Shown here piece by piece: positions 25,240-38,800 of a stretch of DNA of 64,000 nucleotides. The position numbers and the translations under genes are program-made. This DNA comes from Heterodontus francisci (lineage: Eukaryota), in NCBI RefSeq assembly GCF_036365525.1, contig NC_090404.1:32106236-32170235 (forward strand), read 5' to 3'. The first letter of the stretch is position 1. Each line of letters opens with the position of its first letter. The notes under the pieces were generated by a model that saw only the letters and a list, made by a program, of their open reading frames with translations, had not been told where the DNA came from and did not search any database.

Positions 25240-25600
25240 TATGAAGGAACATAGTGATGGAAGGAGGACATTTATATCCTCGAGCCTGTTCCACATTCAA
25301 TTAGGTCATGGATGATCAGTATATTAACTCCATCTACACGCCTTGTTTTCGTAATCATTCATATCTTTGCCTAATCAAAGGTTTATAAATCTTACTGTTC
25401 AAAGTTTCACCAGTACCACCAGTCTCAACAGCTGTTTGGAGAGTGAATTCCATATATCCACTACCTTTTATGTGAACGACTGTCTTTCAAATTCACCCCT
25501 GAATGACTTGACTTTAATTGAACTTTATGCCCCCTGTCTTGAGCTGCAGAATCAGAAGAACGGATTTCTCTCTACCTCCAATATTGCATCCATTAATATT
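25240..25600 (-). mobile_element. Degraded CR1 3' fragment
   Basis: gaaggaacatag...gaaggaggacattt...ctcgagcctgttccacattcaattagg resembles an inverted CR1 tail. Confidence 0.5.
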
Positions 25601-25609
25601 GTTAAACAC

Positions 25610-25985
25610 TGTGGCTGGGTTCAGTTCTACAGTCAATGGTTCCTCTCCTTCTCCACCTCTGAAGGTGCTGGCTCTGACTTGGTTCAGTTCTACACTCACC
25701 GGTTACCTCCCTCTCCTCTCCTGAAAGTGTTGATTCTGACTGAGTTCAGTTCTACTCACACTCGTTCCCTTCTCTCTTCACCCCTGAAGGTGCTGACTCT
25801 GACTGAGTTCAGTTCTCCTCTCACTCGTTCCCTTCTCTCTTCACCCCTGAAGGTGCTGACTCTGACTGAGTTCAGTTCGACACTCATTCGTTCCCCTCCT
25901 TCTCCTCTTTGAAAGTGCTGACTCTAGTTGGGTTCGGTTGGACAATCACTGGTTCCACTACCTCTCCTCCTCTGGAGGTTTTGAC
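25610..25985. repeat. 63-bp tandem repeat (~6 copies)
   Basis: cccctgaaggtgctgactctgactgagttcagttct... with period 63 (25781 to 25844). Confidence 0.85.
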
Positions 25986-26219
25986 ACATAGAAGGCAACA
26001 TTAGAATAGGAGGATGCGATTCAGACCTGGGAGCTGGCCCTCCCATTCAATCAGATCATTGGTGATCTCTACATTATCTTCATCTACCTTCATTTCGTAA
26101 TCATTGGTACACTTCGCTAACAAAAGTATATCAATCATAGTTTAAAAATTTTCAATTGACCCCAGCCTCAATATCTTTTTAGGGGAGTAGATTACACGGG
26201 TGGTTCTGTTAATGGACGA

Positions 26220-27730
26220 GTAGTGCTGACAGCTGGAATAATGATCTATAACCATGAGTTCAAATTATATAATTGCAGCTATGGAATTAAAATTCAGTTA
26301 ATTAAATAAAGCTGGAGAAATAAAACACGAATCTATGGGATTGTCAATAAAAAAAAAGGAAATACATTTGTTTCACTAATGTCCTTAAGGGAAAGATATC
26401 TGACGTCCTTAACCAGTCCCGCCCATGTGTGACTCCAGACAAGCGCAATGCAGTTGACTCTTCAAGAACCTCTGAAATGGCCTAGAAAGACATTCACTTG
26501 CACCATATCTCTCGGAGAAAGCACACTGAGAATAAAACTGGACCGTTCACTGGCTTCGACCTGATCCTTGGATTTGAAGACAATAGGGTCAACCATAAAA
26601 AGCAGAGCTATGGAGAGATGGCAGGGAAGGAATAGCTGAGTTACTGCTGCAGACAGTTTACAGGGAGAAAATGAGCTGATTGACTTCCTTCTGTGCTGTA
26701 ACTATCCCATGATTCTATGGTTCTATTATTCTTTACTGACATCTGGGGACTTGTTGCAAAGTTGGGAAAGCTGTCCCACAGACGACTCATAAATATATTC
26801 AGAAGGACACACCCACAGCGGCATACACTTTTTTAGATTTAGAGATACAGCACTGAAATAGACCCTTCGGCCCACCGAGTCTGTGCTGACCATTAAGCAC
26901 CTATTTATACTAATCCTACAATCCTACCACATCCTCACCTGTTCCTATATTCCCTTACCACCTACCTATACTAGGGGCAATTTATAATGGCCAATTTACC
27001 CATCAACCTGCAAGTCTTTGGCTGTGGGAGGAAACCGGAGCACCCGGAGGAAACGCACGCAGATTCAAGGAGAACTTGCAAACTCCACACAGGCAGTACC
27101 CAGAATTGAACCAGGGTCGCTGGAGCTATGTGGCTGCAGTGCTAACCACTGTGTCGCCCCTTGGGAGAGATTGGCCCTGGGAGTCCTTGACATTGACACT
27201 GGATGCCTGAAGTCTTCCAGCATCTGTCACACTTGGGCAAGGAAAAACCCTTGCTGATTACCATCCTCCCTCACCTGATGAATCAGTACTGGTCCTTGTT
27301 TAACACCATTTGGAACAAACACAGATGGTAACAAGGGTATAAAATGTACTTTGAGAGGGGGACTTTCGATATATGTCATCAAGAGTCGCTCGGTGGTGCT
27401 AATACTGGCTAAGTCCTGAAGGGCAAAGCGGCCAGTCTGGACCTGTGGCAGGTGGCGAGTTAACTAACAAGAGAGAAAAACCTACTTGACGTCATCCTGC
27501 GAAATCCACCTGCCTCTGTCCGTGACAATATTGATAGGAGTGACCATCGCACTGTCCTTATGGAGATAATATACCATCTTCACATGGAGGGTATCCTGCA
27601 TAGTGTTGTGTGGCACTATCACCGTTAGAAATGGCATAGATTCAGGACATATCTAGCAGCTCCAAACTCATCCTCTGTGAGGCTGTAGGCCATCGGCAGC
27701 CGCAGAATCGTATTCCACCACAATTTATAT
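26220..27730 (+). mobile_element. Degraded 5' part of the 3.3-kb jockey/CR1-group LINE (interrupted by a SINE)
   Basis: Homologous to 58290-59600 (cactaatgtcc..., gagtgaccatcgcactgtcc). Confidence 0.7.
26828..27160 (-). mobile_element. V-SINE (HE1-like)
   Basis: Reverse complement of the 20776-21102 family, with tail at 26828. Confidence 0.9.
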
Positions 27731-27859
27731 AGCGCCTGTCACATCCTTAGGACATTCCAAATAAATAGGTAAATTGTGAAGTGCAGTCATTGTTGTTTCA
27801 TGAATAATCATGGCAGTAGATGTGCGTACAGCAGGGTATTTTGTTTTGTTTTAAATTTG

Positions 27860-29510
27860 TTTCTTGGGATGTGTGGATCACTGACAACTATCCTTAATTT
27901 CCCTTGAGAAGGTGGTATGAGTTGGCATCTCGAACCGCTGCAGTCCATCTGATGCATGTATACCCAGAGTGTTATTAACAAGGGATTTCCAGGATTTCAA
28001 TCCAGCAACAATGAAGGAACAGTAATATATTTCCAAGTCTGTATGGTGTGTGGCTTGGATAGGTACTTGCAGGTTGTGATGTTGCCACATGTCTTCTGTC
28101 CTTGTCTTTCTAGGTGTAAGTGTTTGTGGGTTTGGAAGATGCTTTTGGAAGAAGCATCGTGAGTTGCTGCAGTGTGTTTGTTTTATGGTGCACACTACTG
28201 CCACTGTGCGTCAGTGGTGGAGGGATTGAATGCTTAAAATGGTCTATGAGGTGCCAATCAAGCGGACTGCTTTTTCCTGGATGCTGTCGAGCTCCCTGCA
28301 TGTTGTTGTAGCCGCACTCATCCGGGAAAGTGGAGATTATTCCATCACACTGCCTTGTAGATGGCGTGCATGCTATGGGGATTCGTGAAGTGAGTTATTT
28401 GCAGTAGAATTTCCAGGCTCTGACCTGCTGTTCTAGCCACAGTAATTTTGTGACTGCTCCAGTTTAGTTTCTAGTCAATGGTAACCATCAGAATGTTGAT
28501 AGTGGGGACTCAGCGATGGTAATGCCATTGTTGAATGTCATGAGGAGTTGGTTAGATTCTCTTTTGTTGCAGATCATCATTACCTGGCACTTCTGTGGTG
28601 CGGATGGTATTTGCTATTTTTTAGCCAAAGCTGAATGTTTCTGGACTGTGCTGCATATGGACATGGACTGCTTCATATCTGAAGGGTTGTGAATGGTCCT
28701 TAATGTCGTACAATCATCAAACAGCATCTCGACCTCTGACCTTTTGGTAGAGGGAAGGTCATTGATTAAGAAGCTGAAGAAGGTTGGGCCTAGGACACTA
28801 CCCTGAGGAACCCCTGCAGCAATATCCTGATCTGAGATGATTGGATTCGACCAGCTCGGTCAGTAGTGGTGCAGCCGAGCTGCTCTTGATGATGGGAACT
28901 GCAGTCAACCACCCAAAATACATTTTGTGTCCTTGCTTCCTTCATTGCATCTTGTGAATGTTTTTCAACCTGGAGTAGCACTGAGGAAGGGAAATATGTG
29001 GTAATCAGGCAGGAGGTTGCATTGCCTATGTTTAACCCTGGGACGTCATGGGGTTCGGAGACATTGTTGAGCACCGCTAGGGTAACTGACTCCCGACTAT
29101 ATACTACTGTGACGCCACCTCTGGTGAGTCTGTCCTACTGGTGGGACAAGACATACCTTGGAACGGTGATGGTGGCGTTTGGGACATTGGATGTAAGGTA
29201 TGTTTCCATGAGTATGGCTATGTCAGTCTGTTGCTTGACTCGTCTGTAGGACATATTTCCCAAATTTAGCACAAGTACTCACGTGGTAATAAGAAGGATT
29301 TTGCAAGGTTAACAGGTCTAGGTTTGCTGCTGTAAGTGCCTAGCTTAATAAAGAGTGCTCCATCTGATTTTATACTTTTACAACTTTTATGTAGCTGTTT
29401 AGTACGACTGAATGGCCTGCTTGGCTATCTTAGAGAGCAGTTAAGAGTCAAGCACATTGTTCTGGGTCTGGAGTTACATGTGCACCAAAACAGGTAAGGA
29501 TGGGCACTTT
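27860..29510 (-). mobile_element. Internally deleted copy of the 3.3-kb jockey/CR1-group LINE; its 5' head continues at ~31645-31790
   Basis: Matches 45350-46350 and then 47730-48420; split by the CR1 at 29510-31640. Confidence 0.8.
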
Positions 29511-31642
29511 TCTGGTGAAAGTGAATTGGATACAGCTACGTGAAGGAAAATCAGTGACAAATCAGTGGGAGGCATTCAAAAACGAGATACTACAGGCACA
29601 GTATAGGCATGCCCCACAAAGATAAAGGGTGGCACTGCCCAATCAATAGCCCCCTAGTTATCTAGAAGCTTACAGGGTAAGTTAAAGCATAAAAAAAGCT
29701 TATGATGATCATAAAAATCTTAATACTTTAGAAAGCCGAGAGGAAGACAGAAAATGCAGGGGTGAAGCAAAAGAGGAAATTAGAAAAGCAAAGAGAAGAC
29801 ATGAATAATTATTGGCAGGTAATATCAAAGAAAATCCGAAGATGCTTTATCAGTACATTAAGAAAAAGAGGATAACTAAGGAAAGGGTAAGGCCTGTCAG
29901 ACATGTACAGGGGAACTTATGTGTGGATGCAAAAAATGTTGGCAGTGTTCTTAATGAATTTTTGTCTCTGTCTTCACAAAGGGGAGCGTTCATATTACAT
30001 TGTAGTTAGAGAGGAGGAGTGTGAAATATTAGATACAATAAGCATAATGAGAGAAGAAGTACTAGAGGGTCTGTCATCCTTGAAAGTGGATAAATCGCCA
30101 GGGCTGGATGGATTGCATCTCAGGTTGTTAAAGGAAGCAAGGGATGAAATAGTGGATACGCTGAGGATCATCTTCAAATCATCAGTAGATACAAGAGAGG
30201 TACCAGACGATTTTAAGTCTATGAACGTTGTACTATTGTTTAAAAAGGGTGCGAGGGATAGGCCAAATAATTATAGACTGGTCAGCCTGACCTCGGTGGT
30301 GGGTAAATTGTGAGAATCTATTCTGAGGGACAGGATAAACTGCTACTTAGAAAGGCATGATTAATCAGGGATAGTCAACATGGATTTCTTAAGGGAAGGT
30401 CATGTATTACTAACTTAATTGAGGTTTTTTGAGTAAGTAACAAGAAGGATTGATGAGGGCCGTGCAGAGGATGTGGTCTACATGGATTGTAGTAAGGCAT
30501 TTGACAAGATCTCACACGGCAGACTGGTCAGTATAAAGAAAGCTGATGGGGTGCAGGGGAATGTGGTAGGTTGGATCCAGAATTGGCTCGGGGACAGGAA
30601 ACAAAATGCAGTAGTCGACGGATGTTTTTGTGTGTGGAAAGCTGTTTCCAATGGCGTTCCACAGAGCTCAGTGTTTGTGGTATATATTAATGATTTGGGC
30701 ATAAATATGGGAGGCATGATTGGAAAATTTGCTGATGACATAAAAATTGGTCATGTAGCTGATAGTGACGTGGATAGCAGTAGACTCCAAAAGATATCAA
30801 TGGTTTGTTGATTGGGTGGAAAAGTGGCAAATGGAATTCAATCTAGATAAGTTATGCCTTTAGGGAGGGCAAATAAAGCCGGGTAACCCATCATGTGTGG
30901 GAGGATATTGAGAGGGGCAGAAGAGGTGAGATACCTTGGTGCATATGTCCGCAGGTCCTTGAAGATGTCAGGATAGGTAGATAGAATGATAAAGATATCA
31001 TATGTAATGCTATCTTTTTGGCCGCGGTATAGAATTCAAAAGCAGGGAAGTAATGATGGAACTGTATAAAACACTGGTTCGCCACAGTTGGAGTATTGTG
31101 TACAGTTCTGGTCACCACATTACAGAAATGATATTATTGCTCGGGCGAGAGTACAGCGGAGATTTACAAGAATGTAGCCAGGGCTCGGAAGTTGCAGCTA
31201 GAGGAAAGATTGTATAGGCTAGGGTTGTTTTCCTTTGCACAGAAGAGAAGAGGCTGAGGGGTGACTTAATTGAGGTGTACCAAATTATGAGAGGCATGGA
31301 TAGAGTAGACAGGAAGGACCTGTTTCCTCTAGCAGAGAGATCAATTACCAGGGGGCACAGATTTAAGGTGATTGGTAGAAGGATTAGTGCGGACATGAGG
31401 AATCACATTTTCACCCAGAGGCTGGTGGATGTCTGGAATTAGCTGCCAGGAATGTTGGTGGAGGCAGAAACCCTCAATCCTTTTAAAAGGTACCTGAATA
31501 TGCACCTGAAGTGCTGTAACTGGCAAGGCTATGGACCAGGTGCTGGAAGGTGGGATTAGATTGGGCGGTTAGCTTTTTATTCAGCCAGCAAGGACACGAT
31601 GGGCTGAATGGCCTCCGCTGTGCCGTAATTTTTCTATGGTTC
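29510..31642 (+). mobile_element. CR1 LINE, 5'-truncated, disrupted
   Basis: IKENPKMLYQY, KSPGLDG, NYRLVSLTSVVGK, KFADDIK; tail ttctatggttct. Confidence 0.9.
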
Positions 31643-32093
31643 TTTCCCTAAAGAACTTGAGCGAATCTGATGTTTTTGTACATGGCACTTTCATGGTCAC
31701 GATTACTGAGACCAGCTTTCAATCCCAGATTTTCCTGAACTAAATTTCACCAGCTGCTGTATTGGGATTTTACCCTGTGCTCTTTTCGTATTATCTGGGG
31801 TTTGTGAAAGAATCCATCGCCCTCGCCATTTTAATGAACTGTCAGCCGATACCTGATGCGATTTCGCCTTGTAGTGGGACTCGGAGTTACGCCTGTTCGA
31901 TTCAAAGTCTGGACTGTTGCCACTGAACCAGACTTAAACACATTATGACCTCCAACAGCTGCCCAAACAGACTTACTGATGTGAAGGGGAATGAGCTGAG
32001 GATGGACTGTGTCTTTTCACAATTCCTGGTACTTCTTCTCTTTTCCATCTTCTCTTCTGTCAGAGATGAACTCGAGGGTTTCTTCCTTACACC

Positions 32094-32930
32094 ATGATCG
32101 TCACCAATCTCACAGACTTTAATCCCGCTGCGGTTGTCCTGTCTGGTTTCATGGGTGTCGATCTATAATTAAATCTGTTCTTCATTCTGGTTTTATGAGA
32201 TTATTCTATTTGAGATTTTCGGTAACGGTACCATTATATTGATCATCCAGGCAGAGTGAAGCTTCCACACTCTAATGTACATGTCAATGTTAGCAACAAA
32301 GAACATTTCATGCGGAAGCTGCATGGCCCAAATGCTCTTTGTGCACAACTTCCTGAAAGACGAGTTATATCTTTACCTATCATGGCTAAGAATCGATATG
32401 TCGCTATGTGCAATCCGCTTCAATATTCAAACATAATAACAGCAACAATTCTGATAAAGAACCACTTTATTCTCTGTGCCATAATTACTCCGTTGCTTTA
32501 GTGCCAGTTGACCTCACCCTGCGGCTGCCCTTTTGCAGGTCAATGATGATTGAGATTATAATCTGCAACCACACGAGAGTACTCAAGTTATCATCTGGGT
32601 CAACTCACTGAACAGCTCGTTCTCGACATGTGAGATGGTAATTGTCTACTCAGCTGTTCTCCGTTTCATTACCTTCAGTTGTTGTATCATCGGGTTTGCT
32701 TTTGTGAAGGGGAGTGGGTGAACGTGATCCAGACTTGCATCTCCCACCTGTCTGCTTTGCGTGTACATTTTTTGTTCATTTGTCTCATTGTATTCTGGAT
32801 AATTAAATCCATGTCCCGCAATACCCACATTTTGATTCTGTTTGTCACTACATTAGCTCCCCTGCTCTCCAATCCCATAATTTACGGTGTGAGAAGGTAA
32901 CAGATCAGAGAACGGTTCAGAAACTAGTTA
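32094..32930 (+). pseudogene. Olfactory receptor (OR) pseudogene
   Basis: OR motifs in order: NLT..VLSGF, GNGTII..FHTLMY (LHTPMY), MAKNRYVAMCNPLQY (MAYDRYVAICxPLxY), RLPFC..CNH..VLKLS, QTCISHL, PLLSNPIIYGVR; several stops and frameshifts. Confidence 0.88.
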
Positions 32931-33944
32931 AAGAGGATGCAGAGAGCTAGAGTGGAAAGCAAAACCAGAGTTTCTGCCATTACATAATGTGAATCTGCGT
33001 GGATGCAAGAGCTGTCACTTGTTACCTGCACCAGTGGTCACAAGAATGATGTTAACTTTTATGGAACATGTGTAAGAATGTACACACGGACATACACACG
33101 CACACACACACATATTTACATATACAGTACCACCATTGTTGCTTTCGCTGGAGTGAATCAGAATAACTCTCAAATTCGCTAAGGATGACAGTCTACAAAT
33201 GCATTTTGCAATTCTTGTCAAGATGTCCGAGTTCCTATTGTTACTGACAGTCTTTATCGGCGCTGGTATCCCTGAGCAGCACCATCTCCAGACACAATTA
33301 TTGTAGGCAGCCTTCCTCATTAACTTCCTACATTTAAACTTGCAGAAATCCAAACATTCTGCTTATAATTGACTTCAGATTTACCACTGGTTCAGATTTA
33401 CCATGAGCTCCGTCACGGAGCAACATTGTAATCTAATGAATACATCGAAGTCTCTATTCCAGTCCTGCATGCTCTCCAATATTTGCCAGGTTGAACTCGA
33501 ATAGTCAGTTGCATGAAGTACTTGGTGGACTGTTGCAGACTTCATATGTTTGTATTTGAAGCATTATTATAATATTTATCATGATTTGCCAATGTTGACC
33601 CTCGAAGTAATTTTCTTGATGATTTTGGATGTAGAAAATGATTTGGCTTATTATGGTCAGGAGCAGGGTTATACAACATGCAGCCAGCAGGCCTGAATTT
33701 GGGCCGCCAAAGATTTCTATCCGGCCCGTGCTTGTAAACTGTTCCTGGGGCTGTTCCTCATCCTTACTGTGACTGGAGCTGAGAAACTTCCCTTTGTGAG
33801 TCCGTCTCTTAAACTATTGCGCTGTCCATTTCACAGGTGACAGCTGCTGACATCGAGAACAGTCATTTCCTATCTGACTATTTAAGAAAAACGCCCGCCG
33901 GAAAACCCCGAGTCTGTTGGGAAATGGCTGCTCCCCATGTCACA

Positions 33945-35530
33945 GAGTCATAGTTTATACAGCACAGAAACAGACCCTTCGGCCTATCGTGCCTATGCCA
34001 GCCATCAAGCACCAAACTATTCTAATCCCATTTTAAAGCACTTGGCCCTTCGCTTTGTATGCTATGGCATTTCACGTGCTCATCTAAATACTTCTTAAAT
34101 GTTGTGAGGGTTCCTACCTCTACCACCTCCTCTGGCAGTGCGTTCCAGATTCCAACCTCCCTCTGACTGTTTTTTCCCTCAAATCCCCTCCAAACATCCG
34201 ACCCCTTAGCGTAAATCTATGCCCCCTGGTTTTTAACCCCTATGCTAAGGCAAAACATTTCTTCCTATCTAACCTTTCAATTGCTCTCATAATTTTGTAT
34301 ACCTGAATCATGTCGCCCTTCAGTCTTCTCGGCGCTAAGGGAAAAAAAACGAGCCTTTTCAGTCTCTCTTCATAGCTGAAATGCTACAGCCCAGGCAACA
34401 TCCTGGTGAATCTCCTCTGCAGCCTCTCCATTGCAATCACATCCTTCCTATAATGTGATAACCAGAACAGTACACAGTACTCCAGCTGTGACCTAACTAG
34501 CACATTATACAGCTCCATCATAACCTCCCTGCTCTTATATTCTGTGCCTCAGCTAATAAAGGCATGTATCCCATATGCCTAACTAACCACCTTATCTACC
34601 TGTGCTGCTGCTTTCAATTGACAAGTATACCAAGGTCCCTCTTATTCTCTGTACTTCATAGCGTCTTACCATCCATTGTATATTCCCTTGCCTTCTCAGG
34701 ATTAAATTCCATTTGTCACTGATTTGCCAACTTACCAGCCCATCAATATCGTCCTGTAATCTAAGGCTTTCCTCCTCACTAATTACAACACCACAAATGT
34801 TCGTGTCATCTGTGAACTTACTGATCATACCTCCTATATTCATGTCTACATCATTAATGTACACTACAAACAGCAAGGGTCCCAGCACCGATCCCTGCGG
34901 TACACCACTGGTCACAGGCTTCCACTCGCAAAAACAACCCTCGATCACCACCCTTTGCCTCCTGTCACTAAGCCAATTTTGGATCCAATTTGCCTAATTG
35001 CCCTGGATCCCATGGGCTCTTACCTTCTTAACCAATCTCCCGTGCGAGACCTTATCAAAAGCCTTAATGAATTCCATGTAGACTACATCAACTGCTTTAC
35101 CCTCATCTACACAACTAGTCACCTCCTTGAAAAATTAAATCAAGTTAGTTAGACACGATCTCCCCCGACAAAGCCATGCTGACTGTCCCTGATTAACCTC
35201 TGCCTGTCCGAGTGAAGATTAATCCTGTCCCTCAGAATTATTTTCCCAATAGTTTCCCTACCACTGATGTTAGACTCACCAGCTTGTAATTAGCTAGTCT
35301 ATCCCTGCTACCCTTCTTAAATATTAAATAATGGTACCAAATTAGCTGTCCTACAATCCTCTGATACCTCTCCTGTGGCCAGAGCGGATTTGAAAATTTG
35401 TGTCTGAGCCCCTGCTATTCCCGCCCCCTCCCCCCCGCCTCACATAACAGCCTGGCAGCCTGGGACAGATCTCATCTGGACCTGTGGAGTTAACCACTGC
35501 TAAGCCCGCTAAAATAATTAATTCTTCCTC
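33945..35530 (-). mobile_element. CR1 LINE, 5'-truncated
   Basis: ORF 34592-34951 [26 protein letters not shown]; tail at 33945. Confidence 0.9.
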
Positions 35531-35577
35531 TCTTTCAATACAATGTCAGCAGCTGTCACCTGTGACACTGTTAGCGA

Positions 35578-35940
35578 TATTTTTTAGTTTTTTAGTTTTA
35601 GAGATACAGCACTGAAACAGGCCCTTCGGCCCACCGAGTCTGTGCCGACCATCAAGCACCCATTTATACTAATCCTACAATAATCCCATATTCCTACCAC
35701 ATCCCCACCTGTTCCTATATATTTCCCTACCACCTACCTATACTATGGGCAATTTATAATGACCAATTAACCTATCAACTTGCAAGTCTTTGGCATGTGG
35801 GAGGAAACCGGAGCACCCGGAGGAAACCCACGCAGACACAGGGAGAACTTGCAAACTCCGCACAGGCAGTACCCAGAATCAAACCCGGGTCCCTGGAGCT
35901 GTGAGGCTGCGGTGCTAACCACTGCGCCACAGTGCCGCCC
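35578..35940 (-). mobile_element. V-SINE (HE1-like), young
   Basis: Complete tRNA head, V-domain and CR1-like tail ending in (ctaaaaaa)n. Confidence 0.92.
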
Positions 35941-35984
35941 ACTTACAAACAATCTGCTGAGCGTTCCTGCTCTCTGCAACTGTG

Positions 35985-36380
35985 TGAGAGAGGGGAGAGA
36001 GAGGTGGTCGAGAGGGATAGAGAGAGAGGGAGGAGAACAGACAGAGGATGGAGAGAAGGGGGACAGAGTAGAGAGGCACTGACAGAAAGAGAGAGGGAGG
36101 GGAAGAGGGACAGGGAGCGGGGACAGGGAGAGCGGAAGAGGTGGACAGAGAAAGAGTGGGAAACACTGAGTGGGGAGCGGGGAACACTGGAGAAACGGGG
36201 GGTGGAGAGAGACGGGGCAGTGATACACAGAGAGGGAAGGTGGAGAAGGACAGAGAGAGGGGGGAGAGGGAGGCAGAGAGAGGGGGAAAAGGAAGACAGA
36301 GAGAGGGGAGAGCAGACAGAGACAGAAAGACAGAAAAGGGAGAGAGAGAGACAGAAAGAGAGCGGGGAGAGAGGGGAAGC
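35985..36380. repeat. GA-rich low-complexity tract
   Basis: About 400 bp of almost pure purine (gaga/ggga) sequence. Confidence 0.9.
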
Positions 36381-36389
36381 GAGAATCAA

Positions 36390-36682
36390 AGAGCCATTTA
36401 CCTATGGCACAGATGGAGGCCAGGCTGTCCATCAAGCTCGTCCCAGCTCCCCACGGAGCTATGTAGTCCGTCCCACTCCCTGTCTCCATCCCCATAGCCC
36501 TGCAAGTCTGTTTCTCTCAGGTGGCCATCCAATTTCTTCCTGAAGTCATTGATTGTCTCCACTTCCACCACTCTTGTGGGCAGCGAGTTCCAGGTCATTA
36601 CCACCCACTGCATAACAAAATGCTTCTGCATAGTCCCTCGGCATCTTTTTCACAAAACTTTCAAACCGTGTCCCCTAGTCCT
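36390..36682 (-). mobile_element. CR1 3' end fragment
   Basis: WNSLPTRVVEVETINDFRKKLD. Confidence 0.8.
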
Positions 36683-37667
36683 AGAGGGGAGGGGGAGGTA
36701 ATAGAGAACGAGACACACACACACAGACAGATGCACACAGAGCACAGGGAGAGAGATCAATGTCTCTTCTGAAATGTGGACATCTACCCAGAATACTCTG
36801 TATTGCTACATCAAGGATGCGGGCAGCAATTGACTAATTATGCAAGCAAAATCAATGCCAGGTATGTCACTGAATAATTTTTCAATGTAGTGACGAGAAA
36901 GTAAGTCAACAAATTAGTCTTCTCATTTAAAGCTTCTTTACAAAAACGCACATTTGTTATTGTTTTTATCAGTAAGATACTGCTACATTAACGAACAGAC
37001 ATTTTAATTTCTGTATCAGCACATTCAGAGAGTGCAGTTAATGGGCTGACTGCAGGGTGATGTTATTTACTTTTCGCAGTGTTACTGAGTTCCTGAATGG
37101 CATGATATCCCCGTTGAGCAACTAATTTATCATCCTGTGGAAAATTGACTCAAAAAATCTGGGAAATCGCAATTTTGCGCTGAATTCAGCTCATCCAATG
37201 GAAGCGGCAGTAAACGCGCTGCATTTGCTGACAACGCAACCACTAGGTGGCGCTTTACGGGCACATGTGCAAATGTAGCCTGTTGTACTAAAACGTTGCA
37301 GTCTGCGATGGCCAAGCAGCTGCCAGGACTAAAGATGGCGCTGCTGAAATAATCACAGAAAGGCAACGTAAACGCATGGCAGCACACAACCACCGTAGAA
37401 GCGGGCGGGGGAAGCAGGGAGCGAACGGCCGGGCAAGGGTGGGGAGTGACCAGGCGGGGTGGTGGGGGGCCAGGGGGTTGGGAAGCAGGGAAATTATGGG
37501 CTGCACGGGGGGGCGGTTAGGCGGGAGAGAGAGGGCTGGGTGGGGGAGCTTTGACCCCGCTTTACCCCCACCCCCACCCCCCGCTGTCTCCCCGCTTCCC
37601 ACCCGCCCCCCCCGTTATCCCCTCTTCTCTCTCCCCGCTTCCCCGGCCCCTCTCTCCCTGGCGTTCC

Positions 37668-38800
37668 ACGATGAAGTCACACGGGATCACAGGTGAGCTG
37701 GCAAGATGGATACAGAACTGGCTTGGTCATAGAAGACAGAGGGTATCAGTGGATGGGTGTTTTTTCTGAATGGAGGGATGTGACTAGTGGTGTTCCACAG
37801 GGATCAGTGCTGGGACCTTTGCTGTTTGTGGTATATATAAATGATTTGGAGGAAATGTAGCTGGTCTGATTAGTAAGTTTGTGGATGACACAAAGGTTGG
37901 TGGAGTTGCGGATAATGATAAGGATTCTCAGAGGATACAACAGGATATAGATCGGTTGGAGACTTGGGCGGAGAAATGGCAGATGGAGTTTAATCCGGAC
38001 AAATGTGAGGTATTGTATTTTGGAAGGTCTGATGCAGGTGGGAGGTATACAGTAAATGGCAGAACCCTTAGGAGTATTGACAGGCAGAGAGATCTGGGCG
38101 TACAGGTCCACAGGTCACTGAAAGTGGCAACGCAGGTGGATAAGGTAGTCAAGAAGGCATACAGCATGCTTGCCTTCATTGGTTGGGGCATAGAGTATAA
38201 AAATTGGCAAGTCATGTTGCAGCTGTACAGAACCTTAGTTAGGCCACACTTAGAATATTGCGTGTAATTCTGGTCGCCACATGACCAGAAGGTCGTGGAG
38301 GCTTTGGAGAGGGTACAGAGCAGGTTTCACAGGATGTTGCCTGGTCTGGGGGGCATTAGCTATGAGGAGAGGTTAGGCAAACTCGGATTATTTTCACTGG
38401 AACGACGGAGGTGGAGGGGCGACATGATAGAGGTTTACAAGGTTATGAGTGGCATGGACAGAGTGGATAGTCAGAAGCTTTTTCCCAGTGTGGAAGAGTC
38501 AGCTACTAGGGGACATAGGTTTAAGGTGCGAGGGGCAAAGTTTAGAGGGGATGTGCGAGGCAAGTGTTTTACACAGAGTGTGGTGAGTGCCTGGAACTTG
38601 CTGCCAGGGGAGGTGGTGGAAGCAGATACGATAGCGACGTTTAAGAGGCATCTTGACAAATATATGAATAGGAAAGGAATAGAGGGATATGGGCCCCAGA
38701 ATTGCAAAAGGTGTTAGTTTAGGCCGGCATCAGGATCGGCGCAGGCTTGGAGGGCCGAATGGCCTGTTCCTGTGCTGTACTGTTCTTTGTTCTTTGTTTG
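37668..38800 (+). mobile_element. Young CR1, 5'-truncated
   Basis: [36 protein letters not shown]; tail tgttctttgttctttg. Confidence 0.93.

Larger units (their letters stand above)
33664..36900 (+). mobile_element. hAT (Charlie/SPIN-like) DNA transposon remnant with nested CR1 and SINE insertions
   Basis: 5' cagggtt..caac..ggccgcc..atccggccc TIR-like start; 36763-36873 encodes GHLPRILCIATSR..ID*LCKQNQCQVCH*, a Charlie-type transposase C-terminus. Confidence 0.55.

Noticed and set aside
25367-25912. 181-aa ORF with a 21-aa repeat (LKVLTLTEFSS...)
   Set aside because: A by-product of a 63-bp tandem repeat fused to a CR1 remnant; no gene structure
35767-36543. Long overlapping ORFs rich in E/R/G or L/S/P
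   Set aside because: Translations of a GA-rich low-complexity tract and a SINE
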